DNA of 64,000 nt, taken from Vulcanimicrobiota bacterium (GTDB taxonomy: Bacteria > Vulcanimicrobiota > Vulcanimicrobiia > Vulcanimicrobiales > Vulcanimicrobiaceae). The translations under genes were made by a program, and so were the position numbers. The stretch covers positions 1 to 64,000 of the forward strand of contig CAVZQC010000005.1 of NCBI GenBank assembly GCA_963777315.1, written 5' to 3'. Below the pieces are notes generated by a model, which made no database searches, was not told the origin of the DNA, and saw only the letters and a list, made by a program, of their open reading frames with translations. Of the stretch, positions 56,473 through 64,000 are shown piece by piece. Each line of letters begins with the position of its first letter. The first letter of the stretch is position 1.

Positions 56473-57343
56473 ACGCGCGCTCGAGCAGATCGTCCGCCGC
56501 AGCGGAGCGCTCGAGAGCGGCGAGCGCGTTTTGGTTGCCTGCAGCGGCGGCAGCGACAGCGTCGGATTGGCTGCGCTATGCGCGGCAATCTCGAAACCGC
56601 TGCGCCTGCGCCTCACGCTCGCGCACGTCAATCACGGCTTGCGCCGTTCGGCATGGCAAGACGAAGCCGTTGTTTTGCGCGTGTCGGCCGCACTCGAGCT
56701 GCCCGTACGCATTTGCGCGATCGATCCCGGCGCAATGGACGAAGCGTCTCTGCGCGATGCGCGATACGATGCGCTCGTGCGAATCGCACGCGACGCCGGA
56801 GCGCGCGTCGTCGCAACCGCGCACAATGCGGAAGATCAAACCGAAACCGTTCTGCTGGCGCTGTTTCGCGGCACGGGATCGAAAGGGCTGGGCGGCATGG
56901 CGCTGCGGCGCAAGCTTGCGGACGGCATCGATTTGGCGCGCCCGCTTTTACGCAGCAGGCGCAGCGACATTCGCGCTTACGTGCAGCGCGCGGGACTGCC
57001 TTATGCCGTCGACCCGACGAACGCCGACGAATCGTTTCGTCGTAACGCCGTGCGCGCGGCTTTGACGGCGCTTCGTCCGCTTTTCCCCGGCCTGGACGAA
57101 GCGGTTTCGCGGGCGACGGAAGTGATCGACGCGGAACGTTCGGCGGGCCCGGTTGCCGAGCTGCGCCGTCACGTTCGCCAAACCTTGCACCGCGAGCAAG
57201 CGTTGCGCGACGTCGATTTCGAGCACGTCGAAGCGGCGGTTCGCGCTCTGCGGCTTGGCCGTTCCGGGCGTTTCGTAATGGCTCCCGGGGTGGAACTGAA
57301 GATTGAGCGTGGGGCGTTGACGGTACACCGAAAAGAGAGATGA
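56453..57343 (+). CDS. tilS: tRNA(Ile)-lysidine synthase (short form)
   Basis: ACSGGSDS, HVNHGLR, TAHNAEDQTET, DPTN, RNAVR. Confidence 0.93.
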   Translation: MRGTRPERALEQIVRRSGALESGERVLVACSGGSDSVGLAALCAAISKPLRLRLTLAHVNHGLRRSAWQDEAVVLRVSAALELPVRICAIDPGAMDEASLRDARYDALVRIARDAGARVVATAHNAEDQTETVLLALFRGTGSKGLGGMALRRKLADGIDLARPLLRSRRSDIRAYVQRAGLPYAVDPTNADESFRRNAVRAALTALRPLFPGLDEAVSRATEVIDAERSAGPVAELRRHVRQTLHREQALRDVDFEHVEAAVRALRLGRSGRFVMAPGVELKIERGALTVHRKER

Positions 57344-57912
57344 GCATCGATTCTTACGGCCCGACAATCGAGCGCACGCTCTTTACGAAAAGCGAGATCG
57401 CGGCCGCTATCGACCGGTTGGCCCAAGAAATCGCGCGGGACTACCGCGGGCAACCGATGCTGGTGCTGGGCGTGTTGAAGGGAGCACTCTACGTCACAGT
57501 CGATCTGGTCCGCGCGATCTCGCGAGTGCCGGATGGGCCGAGCCCGATCGAACTCGATTTCTTGGTCGTTTCGAGCTATGGGAACTCGGCGCGGTCGAGC
57601 GGTGAGGTTCGTTTGCTCAAGGATACCAGTGAAAACATCGCCGGCAAAAACGTGCTGATCGTGGAAGACATCGTCGACAACGGCCTCACGCTGCAGTACC
57701 TTCGTTCGTTACTCTCGGGGCGACGAGCCGAAAGCCTCAAATCGTGCGTGCTTTTCGACAAACCGTACAACCGGCGCGTCGACGTGCCCATCGATTATAA
57801 AGGTTTGGTGTCCCCTGACGCCTTCGTCGTAGGGTACGGCTTGGATTACGGGGAAAGCTACCGTAATCTCCCCTACCTTGCGCAACTGCGTCCGTGGGTA
57901 TTTTCAGAGTAA
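57340..57912 (+). CDS. hpt: Hypoxanthine phosphoribosyltransferase
   Basis: VLKGA, VLIVEDIVDNGLTL, FVVGYGLDY. Confidence 0.95.
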   Translation: MSIDSYGPTIERTLFTKSEIAAAIDRLAQEIARDYRGQPMLVLGVLKGALYVTVDLVRAISRVPDGPSPIELDFLVVSSYGNSARSSGEVRLLKDTSENIAGKNVLIVEDIVDNGLTLQYLRSLLSGRRAESLKSCVLFDKPYNRRVDVPIDYKGLVSPDAFVVGYGLDYGESYRNLPYLAQLRPWVFSE

Positions 57913-57930
57913 GGTAATTGTAAAGACATC

Positions 57931-59841
<1,911 letters not shown>

Positions 59842-59845
<4 letters not shown>

Positions 59846-61203
59846 CGCCGTTCAAGTTCACGGCCGCAGCGATATGCCTGTGCATATCGCTGCTTGCGTT
59901 TAGCCCCGGACGGGCGCGCGCGGCGGCGGAGCCGGCATCCGCGGCTACGGGCATGCAGCAGTCGGGAATGCTGCCCGGAGGCGGTGCGTACATCGTTCGC
60001 CGCGACAGCTTTGCTCCCACGGTCGCAGTCGAGCTGTGGTATCGGGCGCCCGGTGCCGGTTACGACAACGCGTACCCGGGCATCTCGCGTTTGGCCATCA
60101 CCGCACTGGCGGCTTCGGCGCCGCCGCACGGAACCTCGCTGGCCGAACTGGTCACCCGTATCGGCGGCACGCTGTCCATCAACGTCTATCCCGACATCGC
60201 CATGGTCGGAGCGAGCGTTCCTTCAACGCAGGCGCACGCGGTGATTCGCGCGATGACGAACGCGTATTTCTCGGCAACGATCGACGACGCGGCGCTAAAG
60301 GCTGCCTTGCGCGACACTGCCGTCGCTTCGACGGAGTCTCACTTCGATCCCGAGCGCATCCTTCAGGACGCGCTCTTCTCGCACGTGTTCAGCGCGGGCC
60401 CGGCGCACTATGCGCCGCTGCCGGCTTCGACGCAGGATTTCGCCAAGATTCCCGCCGAGCGGGTGCGGGCGTTTGCCGCACGGGCATTCCGGCGGTTGAA
60501 CGCGGTGCTTACCGTGGTCGGTGACGTCGATTCGGAATGGGCGTCTTACGTCGTGGCCGGCGCTCCCGCGCGCGCAACGGATCGCGTTTCCGACGTTGCG
60601 TCCGACAATCCGATCGATTCAACGGTTTCCGGCGCGCCCGTGGACGTAACGCAAGCCGCGCAAGTCGGCGGCATCGGCTTTGCGTGGACGGGACCGCCGA
60701 TCGCCGATCCCAAAGCGGCGACGGCCATGGATTTCATCGCCGACTACCTGTTCGATCCACAGCGCGGAGCGGTTGCGTCGCAGGTTCGCGCGGACAACGG
60801 CGATGCGTTCGTTTCGGGACAGTTCATAACGCTGCACGATCCCGGCATTTTGCTGGTCACGGTTTCCGGCGATGCAGCCAATACGTACCGCGCAACAGTG
60901 CTTGACGGAGTGAGCGCGGTGCAGCAGCCGCTCGACCCGCGGGCCTTCGATGCTGCGCGAAACGCTTTCATGTATCGCATCTTGAACCAGTCTCAAACGC
61001 CTTCCGCCCGCGCGGACAACTTCGGCTGGTATGCCGCCGAAGGAAATGCACCGTACGCGCCGGGTGACCAGTCCGGGCAGTATCTTCAGATTGCACGGTC
61101 GCTCGATCCGCAATACGTTGCACGCATTGCGCGCACGTATCTGCAGCATCCCGCGATCGTGAGGCTGCTTTCGACGCCGCACGCGGCAGGTAACGCGATA
61201 TGA
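59842..61203 (+). CDS. Exported M16 peptidase-like protein lacking HxxEH
   Basis: VAVELWYRAPG...PGISRLAITAL at the position of GxAHxxEH. Confidence 0.75.
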
Positions 61204-62513
61204 TGCCGGCCCGCGCGCTCGCGCTGCTTTTGGCCGCAGCCATGGCCGTGGGGACGCCCTGCGCTCGCGCTGCCGCGCCCGCCGGCCGCAACGTCACGGT
61301 GGTCCGCCAATCCGATTCGGGCGCCGATTTAGCCGGAGCGGAACTGCTGCTGCAAGCGGGCCTGGACCGCCAGTCGCCGCGTCAGAACGGGCTTGCCGCG
61401 CTGGTTGCCCAGGTAATCCTCGACACGCCGGTGTCGCCCGGCGGAGTTGCGCTCGAGAAGACTGTTGCCGGCGGCGGCGGCTCCATCGACTACGTCGTCG
61501 AGCCGCGGCACGTGCGTTTCTATCTCCAAGCGCTTCCGTCGTCGTTCGTGCCGTCGCTGGCGCAATTTCGCGCCGCGCTGGCCAAACCCGACTTCAGCGA
61601 TGCAACGCTGCGCGCAGCGCGCGCCTCGCTGGATCGAAAGCGTGCGCGAAATCAGCGGCTCGCGCTCAGCGTCGGCGTCGATATGCTCAACCGCGCCTTT
61701 TACAAAAATTCGGACGCCGGTCTGCCTCCGCTTGGAATGCCCCAAACCGTCGCAGGCTTTTCCGCCGCAGACGCAGCGGCATTTTACGCAGCGCACTACC
61801 GCCGCGGTGACGCCGTCGTGAGCGCCGTCGGAAAACTCTCCGCCGTGAACGACGCCGATTTCGCCGGGCTCGTCGACGGTTTGCCGGCGGGCACGTCGCC
61901 GACCATTGCGGTGCGCATGGCCGCGTTGCCGTCCAACTCGCAGCAGCTGATCGCTCATCGCGACGTTCCTGTGCCGTGGCTGGTGGCGCAGTATCCGGCT
62001 CCGGACTTGCGTAGCAAAGATTTCGGGGCAATGCTGATTCTCACCGCGTTCATGCAGCGCACCCTGGCGGACGTTTCGGAAGTGCCGTCGATTGCGACGC
62101 CTTCGGCAGCGCAGCGCGGTGTGGGTGCGTACTACAACTTCGACACCCATCCCGCGAACGTCATCATTTACGTCGACGGCGGTTTGGGCGATCCCACGCG
62201 TACGTTCGCAACCGCGCTGACGGTCGTCAACGTGCTGGGCCACGCCAAACTCGCCGGCGACTTGAATGAAATGCGGGCGTTCGCGGCCGGCCGGTTCTTG
62301 GAAAGCACGCAGTCGCTGCAGGACCGTGCATGGCTTGCCGGCGTGTTTGCAGCAACCGGTACGAACGGCGATCCGCTGGCGTCGATAGTCAAAGCCATCG
62401 ATTCCACCAACGCTACGGATCTTCAGCGCGTCGCACTGCACTATCTGGGCTCTCCGACCATTGCGCTGGTGCTGCCGCGTTCCCAGCCGACGGTTCAAAA
62501 CCCCACACCCTAG
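61200..62513 (+). CDS. Exported M16 peptidase-like protein, inactive-type subunit
   Basis: NGLAALVAQV, AAFYAAHYRRGDAVVSAVG, DLQRVALHYL. Confidence 0.75.
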   Translation: MMPARALALLLAAAMAVGTPCARAAAPAGRNVTVVRQSDSGADLAGAELLLQAGLDRQSPRQNGLAALVAQVILDTPVSPGGVALEKTVAGGGGSIDYVVEPRHVRFYLQALPSSFVPSLAQFRAALAKPDFSDATLRAARASLDRKRARNQRLALSVGVDMLNRAFYKNSDAGLPPLGMPQTVAGFSAADAAAFYAAHYRRGDAVVSAVGKLSAVNDADFAGLVDGLPAGTSPTIAVRMAALPSNSQQLIAHRDVPVPWLVAQYPAPDLRSKDFGAMLILTAFMQRTLADVSEVPSIATPSAAQRGVGAYYNFDTHPANVIIYVDGGLGDPTRTFATALTVVNVLGHAKLAGDLNEMRAFAAGRFLESTQSLQDRAWLAGVFAATGTNGDPLASIVKAIDSTNATDLQRVALHYLGSPTIALVLPRSQPTVQNPTP

Positions 62514-62519
62514 CGCATT

Positions 62520-63620
62520 TTGCGCGTCGCTCTAGTCCACGATTACCTCAATCAGCGCGGCGGCGCGGAACGCGTATTCGCGCACATCGCCCGGGCGTAT
62601 CCGCAGGCGCCCGTTTACACTGCGCTGTTCGATGCCCGCCAAACCGGCGACCTCGTCGACAGCTCGCGCGTACGCACCTCGTACCTGCAGAAAATTCCCG
62701 GCGCCGGCGCGCATTTTCGCTATCTCGCCCCGCTCTATCCGCGTGCATTCGAATCGTTCGATCTTTCGGCTTTCGACACGATTGTGAGCTCGACGACGGC
62801 CTGGGCCAAGGGGGTCGTCGTGCCGCGCGGTGCCGTCCACGTTTGCTACATCAACACGGTGAGCCGCTTTGCGTTCGCCTACGACGATTACGTTTCGCCG
62901 CTTCACCAAGGCGCGATGCAACGCTTCATTTCGCTGGCCGCGCGCCCGGTAGTCGCGCGGCTGGTTCGCTGGGACAGGCGCGCGGCGCAGCGTCCGACGG
63001 CGTTCGTTGCCAATTCACGCAACGTGGCCGAGCGCATCCGGCTGCATTACGGACGCGATGCCGCGGTGCTGCACTGCCCGGTCGACGTCGATCGCTTTAC
63101 CGTTGGGCCGGGCGGAGGCGAGTATTTTTTCATCGCTTCACGCCTGCTGCCGTACAAACGCATCGATCTCGCGATCCGCGCCGCGGCGTCGGCCGGCGTT
63201 CGGCTTTTCGTTGCGGGCACCGGCCCGGCTGAGGCTTCGCTGCGCGAGCTCGCGCGCGGCACGACCACGACGATGCTTGGATACGTCGACGACGCGGGGG
63301 TGAACGAACTGCTGGGTACCGCGCGGGCCGCGATCCTGCCCGGTGAAGAGGATTTCGGGCTCGTGCCGCTCGAGGCCGCGGCGTGCGGGCGGCCTACGAT
63401 TGCCTATCGCGCGGGCGGCGCCTTCGAAACGATCGTGCCCGGCGAGACGGGGGAGTTTTTCGAACGGCAAACCGTCCAGTCGCTCGCGCAGGCGCTGCGC
63501 GATTTCGACGAGCGACGCTACGATCCGCAGCGTTTGCGGGCGCACGCGCAGACGTTCGCGCCCGATCGCTTCATCGCTGCGCTCAAAGCGATCGTCGAAC
63601 GAACGCGAGCAGCGCTTTAG
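62520..63620 (+). CDS. GT4-family glycosyltransferase
   Basis: ALVHDYLNQRGGAERV, SRLLPYKRID, EDFGLVPLEAAACG. Confidence 0.92.
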   Translation: MRVALVHDYLNQRGGAERVFAHIARAYPQAPVYTALFDARQTGDLVDSSRVRTSYLQKIPGAGAHFRYLAPLYPRAFESFDLSAFDTIVSSTTAWAKGVVVPRGAVHVCYINTVSRFAFAYDDYVSPLHQGAMQRFISLAARPVVARLVRWDRRAAQRPTAFVANSRNVAERIRLHYGRDAAVLHCPVDVDRFTVGPGGGEYFFIASRLLPYKRIDLAIRAAASAGVRLFVAGTGPAEASLRELARGTTTTMLGYVDDAGVNELLGTARAAILPGEEDFGLVPLEAAACGRPTIAYRAGGAFETIVPGETGEFFERQTVQSLAQALRDFDERRYDPQRLRAHAQTFAPDRFIAALKAIVERTRAAL

Positions 63621-64000
63621 CGGGCCCGTCCGCGTCCATGCGCGCGACGCGCCCCAGCCCGCGCTCGCGCAATTCTTTTCGCAACTGCGCGTTCGCATCG
63701 AGTTCGCGCAGCGCCGCAGTCCACGCGCGCTCGTCACGCGCCGCAACCAGCATGGCCGCCCCTGCGCAGGTTTCCGGAAGCGCAGCCGCATCGGCGGCTG
63801 CTACGGGAGCACCGCACGCCATCGCTTCAATCGCCGGCATGCCGAAGCCCTCGGCCAGCGATGGAACCAACACGGCACGCGCGGCGCGATACAGTTCGCG
63901 CAGCTGCTCGTCCGAGGGATGCACGCGCAGGTGCGGAGCGCGCATTGCTTGCAACACGCGCTCGTCCGTTTGGCTCAGCGCTCCGGCGACTACCAGAGTG
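63583..64000 (-). CDS. GT4-family glycosyltransferase, 5' end outside window
   Basis: PSLAEGFGMPAIEAMACG. Confidence 0.88.
   Translation of the reverse strand, partial: TLVVAGALSQTDERVLQAMRAPHLRVHPSDEQLRELYRAARAVLVPSLAEGFGMPAIEAMACGAPVAAADAAALPETCAGAAMLVAARDERAWTAALRELDANAQLRKELRERGLGRVARMDADGPAKALLAFVRRSL

Overview
High-GC bacterial chromosomal segment. The gene content and style suggest a soil diderm such as Candidatus Eremiobacterota/Vulcanimicrobiota; this is an inference and was not searched. Housekeeping content: serS, moeA, smpB-tilS-hpt-ftsH, tRNA-Ser(UGA), kynA-kynU, nnrD, an atypical cbb3 oxidase cluster, an mgtE/Nramp Mg2+ uptake pair, signalling proteins and many small secreted hypotheticals. 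Four things stand out. (1) An unannotated, nearly leaderless Tyr-rich leader peptide (MLFALYATSYYYGRYGAVG) with its own sigma70 promoter and an intrinsic terminator sits directly upstream of a heme-oxygenase-like di-iron (HDO) enzyme. This is a candidate tyrosine-sensing attenuator that would point to an undescribed route of Tyr supply. (2) An M-box Mg2+ riboswitch carries a 407-nt modular tandem-repeat array in its P6 loop. (3) A six-gene chaperone/usher-like pilus cluster lies divergent from an atypical flagellin, with sigma28-like promoters in front of the flagellin, the usher-like gene and the major subunit. (4) A cluster of secreted beta-rich proteins resembles, from memory, a cyanophage/cyanobacterial gene pair. 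Several single-base frameshifts, including one in ftsH, suggest assembly indel errors, so pseudogene calls are tentative. No CRISPR array, rRNA or transposase was seen.
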